Below are positions 36,926 through 45,899 of a DNA stretch of 64,000 nucleotides, piece by piece (position 1 is the first letter of the stretch; the number at the start of each line of letters is the position of its first letter). Where the stretch lies: the IMG/VR virus record IMGVR_UViG_3300046011_007348, positions 8,024 to 72,023 of that record; one strand, given 5' to 3'. This DNA comes from a virus (taxonomy: Duplodnaviria > Caudoviricetes). A program made the translations under genes and the position numbers. The notes below the pieces were generated by a model that was given only the letters and a program-made list of their open reading frames with translations, was not told the DNA's origin and made no database searches.

Positions 36926-38856
36926 ATTGTTGACATACTATCAATAAAACTATATTTAGTACTATCATATTCTGATGCAGTAATTTCATGCATACCTTCA
37001 ATCGTTTCTGAAACAGGCACTCTATTTATTACTCGATATTGTTTAGGAACAACAGAATTGCCGGATAATATCCAGTTAGATTCAGGTGGTGGTGCTGCAC
37101 TAAAAGCAGAAGTTACTGTGACAACTGAAGTTGTATTAGCAGTGTTTTGTATTGTTTTTTGTTGCCAAGTACCATCACTCAAAGTAACACTAATTTGATA
37201 TGTTTGCCCTACCACTAACGTCACTGGACTATCTAGATTAATTGTGGTTGTAGTAGCTGAAATAATTAATCCTCCAGCACGCATTTCTAATCGTTCAGAG
37301 TCAGATACAGCAATAATATCTCCTGGTTTTATAAAAGCTGCATAAGCTCTAGCTTTAAATGTTACTGTCTCTTGTTCTAATCTATCAGAAATTAAAGCTG
37401 CCACTCCTGCTCGTCTTGCTTGTCCTCTGCTAGTGCATGCAATAGCTTCTAATTCTAATTCTTTAATTCCCCATTTTTGTATAGCAATTGGATCTTCTAC
37501 CATCTCAACTGTTTTGCGGTAAAAATCAGCTGGATTTAGCCAACTTACTAATGCTACAGTTTTTTTGGATTTTAGCCCAACTCTGCTATATATAAAAACC
37601 CCATCTTCAACATCTGCTTGCGTAAATTGGTATTTAATAGCATCTGGTTTATCTGCAATAAATGTTATTGTTCCAGCCTGCCAATAAGCAAATCCTCTAA
37701 ATATTGATATTAAAGATTCCAGTACTTGATATGCTTCTGTTTTAGATTGTAAGACAATATTACATTGAAATCTTGGCTCATAAATTGGGCTACCATTTGT
37801 GCTATATCCGCTTGGAACTAATTCATTACAGTATTTACTAATTTCGTATAATCCCCATTTATCTATTTGTTTAGTATCAATATACTTGCCAAGTCCATAT
37901 CTAGTATTTGTAATTAAATCATATAAAATCCATGCTGGATCTGAAACAGCTACGTTTGGCGTTTGGAAAACTCCATTCCAAACACCTTCGTAAAGAATAC
38001 GTCTATTCAATCCATCTATTATGGCATTACTTGGAACTTGTACTAATCTCCCAAAAACTTCAAATAAGACATTTGGGACTGAGCTAAACCCAGATGTGTC
38101 AAATGAAAAAGCTGTTAAAGCTGTATTTGGATAATTTAATTTTTTGTTTGTAATTTTTGCGTAAGAAACAAACGACATACTGCGTTGATATCCAGTCTTT
38201 TCAGTTTCTGCATTATCTAAAGTAAGTTTGATAACTTTAATAGATAAATTACCCAACCCAGTAACTGGAGGAAATCTAAATCTATAATCAAATTCTGTTG
38301 GGCTTGAATAACGCCCAGAAACTACATTGTAATAAGTAAATAATGTTTCATAAGCATTATTTACTTCTCGTTGTATAATAATTTGAAATTCTATATTAGT
38401 TGTTTCAATATTACCATTATCTGGATTCTGTCTTTGCATTTGAAAAGACAATTTTACTTTAACTTCATCAGGAATACCACCTTGAATTTGTTGAGTAACA
38501 CCAAGATTATTTCCTTCTCCATTCCATTCTACTGCTGCATTTACAGATATTTCGTTTGAAATAGTATCTCCAAATCCAAATAATTCAATTGGTGGTTGAA
38601 TTTGAGTTCCTGCACGATAGTCAAATTGAACATTCTTGAAATTATCACTATTATCTTCATTTTTGACTGGAGTTTCATCTAGATAAACTCTAGTCAATGG
38701 ATTTGTCCCAAAACCTTGTATTGGGCCTTCTGAGATTGCTCCTAAAATGTAAGCAATCGAAGTACTTGTCCCTGTCACTCTAGCAACATTAGGAGTTCCT
38801 CTTCCTCCTTTACCGCCGCCACTTCCTTGGATTTTTTTATGTTTTTTGTGTTTCAT
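36922..38856 (-). CDS. Central tail / host specificity protein J-like
   Basis: ISEGPIQG, YLDETP, YPNTAL, DPAWILYDLITNTRYGLG, ACTSRGQARR. Confidence 0.93.
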   Translation of the reverse strand: MKHKKHKKIQGSGGGKGGRGTPNVARVTGTSTSIAYILGAISEGPIQGFGTNPLTRVYLDETPVKNEDNSDNFKNVQFDYRAGTQIQPPIELFGFGDTISNEISVNAAVEWNGEGNNLGVTQQIQGGIPDEVKVKLSFQMQRQNPDNGNIETTNIEFQIIIQREVNNAYETLFTYYNVVSGRYSSPTEFDYRFRFPPVTGLGNLSIKVIKLTLDNAETEKTGYQRSMSFVSYAKITNKKLNYPNTALTAFSFDTSGFSSVPNVLFEVFGRLVQVPSNAIIDGLNRRILYEGVWNGVFQTPNVAVSDPAWILYDLITNTRYGLGKYIDTKQIDKWGLYEISKYCNELVPSGYSTNGSPIYEPRFQCNIVLQSKTEAYQVLESLISIFRGFAYWQAGTITFIADKPDAIKYQFTQADVEDGVFIYSRVGLKSKKTVALVSWLNPADFYRKTVEMVEDPIAIQKWGIKELELEAIACTSRGQARRAGVAALISDRLEQETVTFKARAYAAFIKPGDIIAVSDSERLEMRAGGLIISATTTTINLDSPVTLVVGQTYQISVTLSDGTWQQKTIQNTANTTSVVTVTSAFSAAPPPESNWILSGNSVVPKQYRVINRVPVSETIEGMHEITASEYDSTKYSFIDSMSTI

Positions 38857-38858
38857 GG

Positions 38859-39875
38859 TTAAGAACCACCATGCTCATATTCTGAAGCACCATACTCATA
38901 TCCTACATTCCAATGTATTTCTAGTTTTTGAGAATAATCGTAATTTTGAGATAATCCAGATGTTACTGCTCTAACACGAATTGTCCAAGGGTTGACATTT
39001 GTATTGATATAAAAAGAACTGCACACAACAAAACCAGCCCCATCGTCTAAAGAGCAATTATATCCAGTTGAATATAGATCCTCTGTCAAAAATCCTTGTG
39101 GGTTAAAAATTAATTTATTTCCAGATATTATAAACCGAGAATTATAAGTATCTCCATCCCCTTGCACTAAAGAGAAAGTAACAGGAGAGTTATTTGGATC
39201 TCCCAAGAATTGAAGAGTAGCAAGTTCACTATTTGCTTGGTATGAATCAGGATCAAATGAAGTTTGATTTTGAAATCTTATCTGAAGTGGATTACCACTA
39301 ATTGAACTATCCACTCTACTTGAAATAACATACATACCTGTTTGTATTCTTCCGTATACAACAGGCATTCTACCGCCTTCTTGTGTGTTGTTAGGCAATC
39401 CTCCTATCGTTTTACTCGTTGGCTCCTCTTCCGGCTTGGCTGGCTTAAATAAAGAGCTAATACCAGCAAGTAGTAAAATACTTCCTAATAAAATTGTGGT
39501 GCTAGATGTAAGTAGTGGAGTTCCCCAAATAGTTATTCCACCTGGAACCCAAATAGCTAAAGCAAACATTGCAGCAGCGCCGAGCCACATCCACCAATTA
39601 TCTCCGCTACCAGCAAGCACAGGGACAATTCTAATGTTACGTACTTTCTTAGATATTGGGCAGCTAAGCTTGTCAATTTTATCGTTAGTTATGTTTTCAT
39701 GTCCAACAACTATGCGATATCTTACGCCACGATTTTCAGCATCTTGTAAATAACTTAAAAAATTGCTAAAATTAGCTTTTAAAGCACGAAGTACTTCAGC
39801 AACTGATTCTACCGCTAAATCAAGTTTGCTTGTAAATAAATCGCCTAATTCACCTTCTAGGAAGACAGAGATCAT
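38859..39875 (-). CDS. Tail assembly protein I-like with C-terminal cadherin-like extension
   Basis: LEGELG..AEVLRAL..IRIVPVLAGSG..EGGRMPVVYGRI; FSLVQGDGDTYNSRFIISGNKL. Confidence 0.88.
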   Translation of the reverse strand: MISVFLEGELGDLFTSKLDLAVESVAEVLRALKANFSNFLSYLQDAENRGVRYRIVVGHENITNDKIDKLSCPISKKVRNIRIVPVLAGSGDNWWMWLGAAAMFALAIWVPGGITIWGTPLLTSSTTILLGSILLLAGISSLFKPAKPEEEPTSKTIGGLPNNTQEGGRMPVVYGRIQTGMYVISSRVDSSISGNPLQIRFQNQTSFDPDSYQANSELATLQFLGDPNNSPVTFSLVQGDGDTYNSRFIISGNKLIFNPQGFLTEDLYSTGYNCSLDDGAGFVVCSSFYINTNVNPWTIRVRAVTSGLSQNYDYSQKLEIHWNVGYEYGASEYEHGGS

Positions 39876-40203
39876 GAGTTATCCTATTATTCCTTTGGTT
39901 CCAAATTGGGACAGCACAAAGTCAGAGCAATCAAATATTATTGTAACTAAATACCAGCCTAACACAATTGAGGCAAGATCATCAAGAACTAAAATCAATA
40001 CCACAAATGTTACTTTCTCTGTGTCTGTTAATATAACTAATGGAACTGCTGTAGACACATTCTTGAGAGAACGTAATGGCAAAGCATTTAGAGTGGAAAA
40101 TGACACTATGCTTTACTCTTGTACAGAATGGACTATACAAGCATTGGGAGAAGGTATTGATTTATTCTCAGCTACATTTGAACAAGTTAGGAGATTTTTA
40201 TGA
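39874..40203 (+). CDS. Minor tail protein M-like, copy B
   Basis: VDTFLRERNGKAF..CTEW..SATFEQV; ATG 39874. Confidence 0.75.
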   Translation: MSYPIIPLVPNWDSTKSEQSNIIVTKYQPNTIEARSSRTKINTTNVTFSVSVNITNGTAVDTFLRERNGKAFRVENDTMLYSCTEWTIQALGEGIDLFSATFEQVRRFL

Positions 40204-40931
40204 TTCCAAATTTATTAAGTTTGAATCCAGATTCATTTATAGAATTATATGAAATATATAAATACAGAGTGGAAGATATAAATAAAGATGAAGCTGCACA
40301 AAATCCTAACGTGCCATCAACAATGATTGAAACAATTAGGATTGGTAGTATAGCTATTGATGAAAACACACCATGGGTTGTCTTTGAAGGCAAAACTTAT
40401 TATGCAGTTGGATGCCAAGGAGAAGGATTTGATTTAATCGGACGTGGTACTATTCCTACTCCAACATTAACTGTATCTAACGTTGGTGGTATTTTAACTA
40501 AATGGCTAAAAGACAGTAGAGATCCAGCATACAGACTGGAAGGCACACACGTCAAAAGGCGCGTGACTCAAAAAAGATTTTTAGATGGACAAGTAGATGC
40601 TAATGCTGGGGTAAAAGAACTGCCAATACAAATTTATGTTATTGAACAGCTAGTAGAAGAGAACTATACTAACGCAAAATTCAGACTTGGATCTGCCTTT
40701 GACGTTGAGGGAATAACATTGCCAGCTAGAGTAATGGTGCGTAGCTGCACTTGGGTATATCGTAGTCCAGAATGCAGTTACGCTAATCCTGCAAAATTTA
40801 CAATAAATAATGAGCCAACCCAAAATGCAAGTGAAGATTTCTGTGCAAAAACTATTGCAGCTTGTGAAACAAGATTTGGTGCAGGCAGTATATTACCATT
40901 TGGTGGATTCCCAGGATTAAATACTTACTAA
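40200..40931 (+). CDS. Minor tail protein L-like
   Basis: FIELYE, PTPTLTVSN, CTWVYRSPECSY, CAKTIAAC..RFG..LPFGGFPG. Confidence 0.92.
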   Translation: MIPNLLSLNPDSFIELYEIYKYRVEDINKDEAAQNPNVPSTMIETIRIGSIAIDENTPWVVFEGKTYYAVGCQGEGFDLIGRGTIPTPTLTVSNVGGILTKWLKDSRDPAYRLEGTHVKRRVTQKRFLDGQVDANAGVKELPIQIYVIEQLVEENYTNAKFRLGSAFDVEGITLPARVMVRSCTWVYRSPECSYANPAKFTINNEPTQNASEDFCAKTIAACETRFGAGSILPFGGFPGLNTY

Positions 40932-41128
40932 ACCTCGGATTCGTTGCGTTTTAATTTCATGTATATCTTTATCTTGTTCCGTAGTTCTAGCTCCTGTATT
41001 AATCCACTAACAACTAATCTATTCACAATTGAACTGATAGATTCTTCTGTTTCTTGATGGATTGATTGTAAAACAGCAAAAACATCAGTTGATACAGACA
41101 CGGAAACTTGTTTCATATTACCTCTCAT
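40928..41128 (-). CDS. Ribbon-helix-helix (CopG-like) regulator
   Basis: KQVSVSVS strand followed by two helices (SISSIVNRLV). Confidence 0.65.
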   Translation of the reverse strand: MRGNMKQVSVSVSTDVFAVLQSIHQETEESISSIVNRLVVSGLIQELELRNKIKIYMKLKRNESEV

Positions 41129-41146
41129 TGCTTACTAAATTAACTA

Positions 41147-41195
41147 TACATTATGTATAATGTACATAGCAAAAAAGTCCGACTTTTGTCGGACT
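41147..41195. promoter_or_regulatory. Two palindromes in divergent regulator gap
   Basis: TACATTAT-GT-ATAATGTA (41147-41164); AGTCCGAC-TTTT-GTCGGACT (41176-41195). Confidence 0.55.
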
Positions 41196-41196
41196 A

Positions 41197-41493
41197 ATGG
41201 AGGTAACATACATGGAAATTATAACTAAATTTAAGCCTATCCCAGACAAATATTCCTCTTTGGATAGACTCATGTGTCCACTAGAATTTAAACAAAAGTG
41301 GAAATTAACGATAGACGAGATGTCTTGGGTGCTGCAAATTAGTCCGGATACTTTTAAATCTTGGGCTGTACCTGAGACAAGTGCCAAAAGCAGAAAAACA
41401 CCTTTAATTGCTTTTGTTGCTTGCAAAGCATTAGACACTCTTTGGGAGCAGCAAGGTATGCCCAACGTTAGAGTTTTGATGAATTTACATTAA
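41197..41493 (+). CDS. HTH-like regulator (start may be 41212)
   Basis: LTIDEMSWVLQISPDTFKSW. Confidence 0.6.
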   Translation: MEVTYMEIITKFKPIPDKYSSLDRLMCPLEFKQKWKLTIDEMSWVLQISPDTFKSWAVPETSAKSRKTPLIAFVACKALDTLWEQQGMPNVRVLMNLH

Positions 41494-41592
41494 AAACTAA
41501 TTTAATTACAAAAACTGTGTACTTTGTCCACGCTATTTGTGTACAGAGTACACTTGCTTTATATATACTTTATTCTTATAGTTTAAGCATAG

Positions 41593-41638
41593 TTCCAGAA
41601 ACATTCCAGAAATAGTTCGGAAGTAAGACGGAAGTAAG
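41593..41638 (+). repeat. Four 11-bp-phased CRGAA repeats upstream of FtsK operon
   Basis: Cores at 41596, 41607, 41618, 41629. Confidence 0.75.
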
Positions 41639-41646
41639 GAGGAAAA

Positions 41647-42021
41647 ATGGATACAGACATCTTGTATCCTGTTAAACACAAAAGACAGTATAGGAGGAAA
41701 ACTCAGTCATCGGTGGTGCTATCTGATTGCACCAGAGAAGCAATTGCACTTGAGCTGGAAGTATCTACTAGAACTGTTCAAGAGTTAATCAGAATTGCAT
41801 CAACGTATATTGATTTGTTTAATGAGTATACAGATGACAATTACAGATTAAATGGTTTGCCGATAGATTCAAAACAACAAGTTGAAGTGTTAAGGCAAAT
41901 TAGACAAGTTAGACAAAAGTACAGACACGTCAAAGACAAGTCCTTTATTAAGAAGGAGTATCAAAAAATCAACCAAAGAGTTAAGGAGGAACAAAATGGC
42001 AGTCAAGAAAGCAACAGTTAA
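41647..42021 (+). CDS. HTH DNA-binding protein
   Basis: TREAIALELEVSTRTVQELI; AGGAGG RBS. Confidence 0.7.
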   Translation: MDTDILYPVKHKRQYRRKTQSSVVLSDCTREAIALELEVSTRTVQELIRIASTYIDLFNEYTDDNYRLNGLPIDSKQQVEVLRQIRQVRQKYRHVKDKSFIKKEYQKINQRVKEEQNGSQESNS

Positions 42022-42598
42022 AGATGTCGCAGCATCAATTGGCTGGACAGTCAAAGAGTTGGTAACAAGACTAAATCAAGAGCCTGGCATTAATGTCGCT
42101 CCTAGTGAAGCTTTTCCGACTTTGTCAGAGGACAGCGAGTTGTGGAAGCAAATCCAAGCTGCTGCTCAAAAAAGTCAAGTTAGTCAAGAGCCAGTTAAGG
42201 AGTCTGTCGCTATTGGAGAAGGCGAGATTAGTCCATACCAAGCGCCAATAGAAACAGTTGAGACATTAGCTGAAGCTCAGAAAGTATTAGCAGAAGAGAC
42301 AACTGGCATTCAAGTAGAACAAGCTCGTATACTTGGCTCTGTTGCTGGCATTAATGAAACCATTACATATTTTACAGCACGCCAACAAGTCACTGAAGCA
42401 TTGCTTAGACATCATATTGAGCAACAAACTAATCTCACAGATAGTTTAATCGGAAAAGCCAAAGAATCTTCATTTGAACTGCACAAGCAGACAAGGAACA
42501 GCTTGTCAGGAGCCTATGAATTAAAAAAAACTCTAGAAGAGCAAAAAGCCAGGTTGAAAAACATAGTGACGCAAATGACACAATCATTTGGGATGTAA
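41996..42598 (+). CDS. N-terminal HTH-like + coiled-coil protein
   Basis: TVKDVAASIGWTVKELV; helical E/Q/A-rich tail; A8 slippery run at 42523-42530. Confidence 0.7.
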   Translation: MAVKKATVKDVAASIGWTVKELVTRLNQEPGINVAPSEAFPTLSEDSELWKQIQAAAQKSQVSQEPVKESVAIGEGEISPYQAPIETVETLAEAQKVLAEETTGIQVEQARILGSVAGINETITYFTARQQVTEALLRHHIEQQTNLTDSLIGKAKESSFELHKQTRNSLSGAYELKKTLEEQKARLKNIVTQMTQSFGM

Positions 42599-42663
42599 TC
42601 AGACTGGTTAATGAATCGACTTTAGCGCAAATAGAGTTAGCAATATCGATTGGGCAAATTGAG

Positions 42664-42894
42664 ATGCTTCAGCAAATTCTAAAAAGAAGAAAGGAGTTAA
42701 TTAAAATCATGATTGACACATTGTTAGGAGTATCAAGTGTAGCAGGAGTAGCGACTATAGCAAGTTATTTTGCTGTTGCCACTGCTGTAGTCAATCCAGT
42801 TGTATTAACGGCATTAGGTGCAGCTGCTTTTTTAAGTGGTGTCTATATGCAATTTTCATCATCTAATTCAATTCAAATTACCCGGAGAAAATAA
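42664..42894 (+). CDS. Small 2-TM membrane protein (own RBS at ATG 42709; frame open from 42520)
   Basis: Two hydrophobic helices; AAGGAG RBS. Confidence 0.7.
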   Translation: MLQQILKRRKELIKIMIDTLLGVSSVAGVATIASYFAVATAVVNPVVLTALGAAAFLSGVYMQFSSSNSIQITRRK

Positions 42895-42895
42895 C

Positions 42896-43153
42896 ATGTT
42901 TAACGGAAAAGAACAAATCACAAGTCGTGTAGTAACTCAGATTACTAATACTAAGTTGGAAAATGGTGGTACTTTGCATGACAAAATAGAAACGCATTAT
43001 TCACCAATTAATTCACACGTTGACAACGCGCTGTCCGGTGTCCTTGTGCCTTTATCGATTGCTGCTGGCTTGTGTGCATTTGTTGCAGTATCTAACTGGA
43101 CAGCACCATCACAGTGTCAAAGTCAGGCACAAGTTCAATCTGCTCATAAGTAA
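42896..43153 (+). CDS. Small single-TM protein
   Basis: GGAG RBS; VLVPLSIAAGLCAFVAV. Confidence 0.65.
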   Translation: MFNGKEQITSRVVTQITNTKLENGGTLHDKIETHYSPINSHVDNALSGVLVPLSIAAGLCAFVAVSNWTAPSQCQSQAQVQSAHK

Positions 43154-43161
43154 GGTGACAC

Positions 43162-43572
43162 ATGCTTAGCACATTGAAAGGATTTTTCTCTAACACAGGA
43201 GACAAATTAGAAAACATTTTGTATGGAGTCAATAAGCCAATTTTCCCATACGTTTACGAAGTAAGTGAGGAGGAAGTGAAGCAAATTACTGAAGACGCAA
43301 CTGCGACAGAACAAATGGCTGCAAGAGTAAAAACATATCTAAAAGCAGTGGAAAGAAAAACCAAAAGTGTTGAAGAAATGTTTAATGCAAACAATGCTTT
43401 TGAAAAGTCAATGATGGCAACTGCTGAAAGATTAAATGACAAGAACAAGATGATGTATGCCGCTCGAAAGGAATACAAAAAACAATTGCCTTTTAGCGTC
43501 AAAAGGTACTTGCACCCAGCAAGGATTGTAGGCGATTCTACAGCAAACATTATCAAAGGAATTTGTCAATGA
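43162..43572 (+). CDS. Coiled-coil hypothetical protein
   Basis: AAGG RBS; helical heptads. Confidence 0.65.
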   Translation: MLSTLKGFFSNTGDKLENILYGVNKPIFPYVYEVSEEEVKQITEDATATEQMAARVKTYLKAVERKTKSVEEMFNANNAFEKSMMATAERLNDKNKMMYAARKEYKKQLPFSVKRYLHPARIVGDSTANIIKGICQ

Positions 43573-43826
43573 TGGAAGACGAAAGAATGACAGATATTCA
43601 GAATTCAGCAAGGTGGATGTTAGGAGCCAATCAAATACTAATCGTCATAGCTTTTGGTGCTTTTACTGGCTATTTATCCCGCTATTATCCACCTTCTAGT
43701 TCTGTCACGATAACAGTAATTACGTTTGCATGTATTTGTGGATTTCTGTTTCCAGCTACAAGAAAAATACTACTTTTAGTTGGAATATTTTATGGACTAG
43801 GACTTGTCCTTAGTCATTTGAATTAA
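43563..43826 (+). CDS. Small 3-TM membrane protein
   Basis: Three hydrophobic segments. Confidence 0.7.
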   Translation: MSMMEDERMTDIQNSARWMLGANQILIVIAFGAFTGYLSRYYPPSSSVTITVITFACICGFLFPATRKILLLVGIFYGLGLVLSHLN

Positions 43827-43890
43827 TTGTTTGGGAGGTGCCAAGTGGATACCATTACTTGCCTCCTTATTCATTTTAAAGGGAGGTATT

Positions 43891-45723
43891 ATGTTCTTTT
43901 TTAAATCAAAAGCAAAGCCTAAAGTTGTACACAAGAAATTTGAATTAAGTCCAGTTGTGTTGTACAACTTAATTGGAGTAACAATTTTAGTTTTTACACC
44001 TGCAATGATTAGCTGGAAAAATGCTAAAGAGTTGCGAGTAGCAAGTAGTGCCGTAGCAGTAATGTACTCTATGGTATTGTTAAAATATGCCCAAAACAAT
44101 ATTGATGAAGCTGATAGACTTGCCATAGAAAAAGAGCATTACTTTACGGCTTATGCTAATGCTTCTGGGGATGTTTATTTAAATTCAGAACAACAAATCA
44201 AAAATGCTTTGCTGCCTCCTGCTTCTAGTCCAGAAGTAGACTTAGAAGTTCTGCATCCATTAGAAGATACACTCTTAAAATTAGGCATCAAAGCAACAAT
44301 AGATGGAGAGCCAATAGATTCTCCTACGTTTACTAGATTCAAGATAGTGCCTGACAAAGGAGTGCATTATCAAAAATTTAATAATTTGTCAGATACTCTA
44401 AAAGTTCATATGGGGTATGATACACCTCCACTGATTTCATGTCAAAGCAAGTATGTCTCGATTGATGTAGCAAAGACAGACTCAGAAAGACGTTTTTGTG
44501 AATATCAAGAATACTCAAACAATTTGAATTATTCTCTTGAGAAGTTCACTGTTCCTATTGGAGTTGACATCAACAACAATCTTGTTGAAGTGTCGTTATC
44601 AGATGCTAACTCCCCTCATTTATTGATTGCTGGAACTACTGGTAGTGGCAAGAGTGGTTGGTTAGTAGCTTGCATAACTAGTTTGCTGGATAGATTTCCT
44701 GCTGATAAATGCAGACTATTTTTGATTGATCCAAAGCTAGTTGAGTTTGATATTTTTGAAAAATACAAACAAGTTGAGTTGGTAACAAAACAAGAAGACG
44801 CTCTTACTTTGTTGCACAATTTACTTAACACAATGGAAAGTAGATATGAGCTATTCAAAAAACATAAAGCACGGGATTTATCTCAATACAATAGAGAAAA
44901 TCCTAAGAATATTATGCCACGAGTTGTGGTGTGTTTTGATGAATACGCAACATTCATGGTAGGAGACAGTAAAGATGATTTTAACGATTGTTTATCTCAA
45001 CTAGCACAGAGAGCGAGAAGTGCTGGAATACACCTTGTATTAGCTACTCAGCGTCCTGATGCGACAATTGTCACGCCTAGGATACGCTCTAACATACCTG
45101 CTCGCATTGCATTAAAGACTATCCAACACCAGGATAGTGCTATAATTTTAGGAGTAGAAGATGGCACTTTAAACTCCAAGAATTTGTGTGGTAAAGGTGA
45201 CTTAATTGCTAATTACAATGGCAAGCTAGAAAGACTGCAAGGATTGTATGTCAAAGATGTAGATTACACGTTATCAAATACTGAAATCAAGGAGTTAACA
45301 AATGTAGATTCACCTTACCAAAATGACGAAATTGCCTATAGCTATAGTGAAGCACAAGATAGCGAGAAAGGTGAAGTGTATACTCACTTCTCCAAAACAG
45401 CTCAAAAGGATAGTGTACAAGCATTTGAGTCTAAAAACAAATTTGTAACTAGCTTAGTGAAGCTAAAAATCGCTGCCTTAATGTCTGGGGATATAGACGA
45501 AACTGAGCCGTTATTTGATGATAGTTATGGGCTGTCATCAGAGCAGCAGCTTTTAGTGTTGAAGTTTTTTCTAGACAAAAACATAGGCAAAGAACGCACA
45601 ATTAAAGCTCTATGGGGAACAAGTTCTGGTGGTAAAAATCATCATAAATATCAAAAATCAAGTGCTATTTATGATGACATGATATCTAAAATAAAAGAAC
45701 TTGAATACTTAACACAAGTGTAA
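43891..45723 (+). CDS. FtsK/SpoIIIE-family DNA translocase with 2 N-terminal TM helices
   Basis: GGAGG RBS; FtsK-alpha-like region; PHLLIAGTTGSGKS, LIDPKLVE, MESRY, VVVCFDEYA, AQRARSAGIHLVLATQRP, GKGDL. Confidence 0.93.
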   Translation: MFFFKSKAKPKVVHKKFELSPVVLYNLIGVTILVFTPAMISWKNAKELRVASSAVAVMYSMVLLKYAQNNIDEADRLAIEKEHYFTAYANASGDVYLNSEQQIKNALLPPASSPEVDLEVLHPLEDTLLKLGIKATIDGEPIDSPTFTRFKIVPDKGVHYQKFNNLSDTLKVHMGYDTPPLISCQSKYVSIDVAKTDSERRFCEYQEYSNNLNYSLEKFTVPIGVDINNNLVEVSLSDANSPHLLIAGTTGSGKSGWLVACITSLLDRFPADKCRLFLIDPKLVEFDIFEKYKQVELVTKQEDALTLLHNLLNTMESRYELFKKHKARDLSQYNRENPKNIMPRVVVCFDEYATFMVGDSKDDFNDCLSQLAQRARSAGIHLVLATQRPDATIVTPRIRSNIPARIALKTIQHQDSAIILGVEDGTLNSKNLCGKGDLIANYNGKLERLQGLYVKDVDYTLSNTEIKELTNVDSPYQNDEIAYSYSEAQDSEKGEVYTHFSKTAQKDSVQAFESKNKFVTSLVKLKIAALMSGDIDETEPLFDDSYGLSSEQQLLVLKFFLDKNIGKERTIKALWGTSSGGKNHHKYQKSSAIYDDMISKIKELEYLTQV

Positions 45724-45737
45724 TATTAAATATTGTG

Positions 45738-45801
45738 TTAGTTCCGTTTTACTTCTGTTGTAGTTCTGCTTTACTGCTGAAGTATTACCGGAATTTAACC
45801 G
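45738..45801 (-). repeat. Six 11-bp-phased repeats downstream of FtsK, inverted relative to 41593-41638
   Basis: Plus-strand cores TTCCG/TTCTG/TTCTG/TGCTG/TACCG/AACCG at 45742, 45753, 45764, 45775, 45786, 45797. Confidence 0.7.
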
Positions 45802-45899
45802 GTATTTTGGTGTTAACACATTGCCAATACTGTAAGTAGCTGGGAACAGCAAACAGTCTTAATAGTTCACTCACGTCAAACAAATCCAGTAAGCAAATT

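Noticed and set aside
39763-39873. Longer N-terminus for the plus-strand gpM-like ORF
   Set aside because: Overlaps gpI antisense; ATG 39874 gives a typical ~109-aa protein
43891-45723. Type VII secretion EssC or classical T4SS coupling protein
   Set aside because: Single ATPase domain; no WXG100, relaxase or VirB homologs recognised nearby
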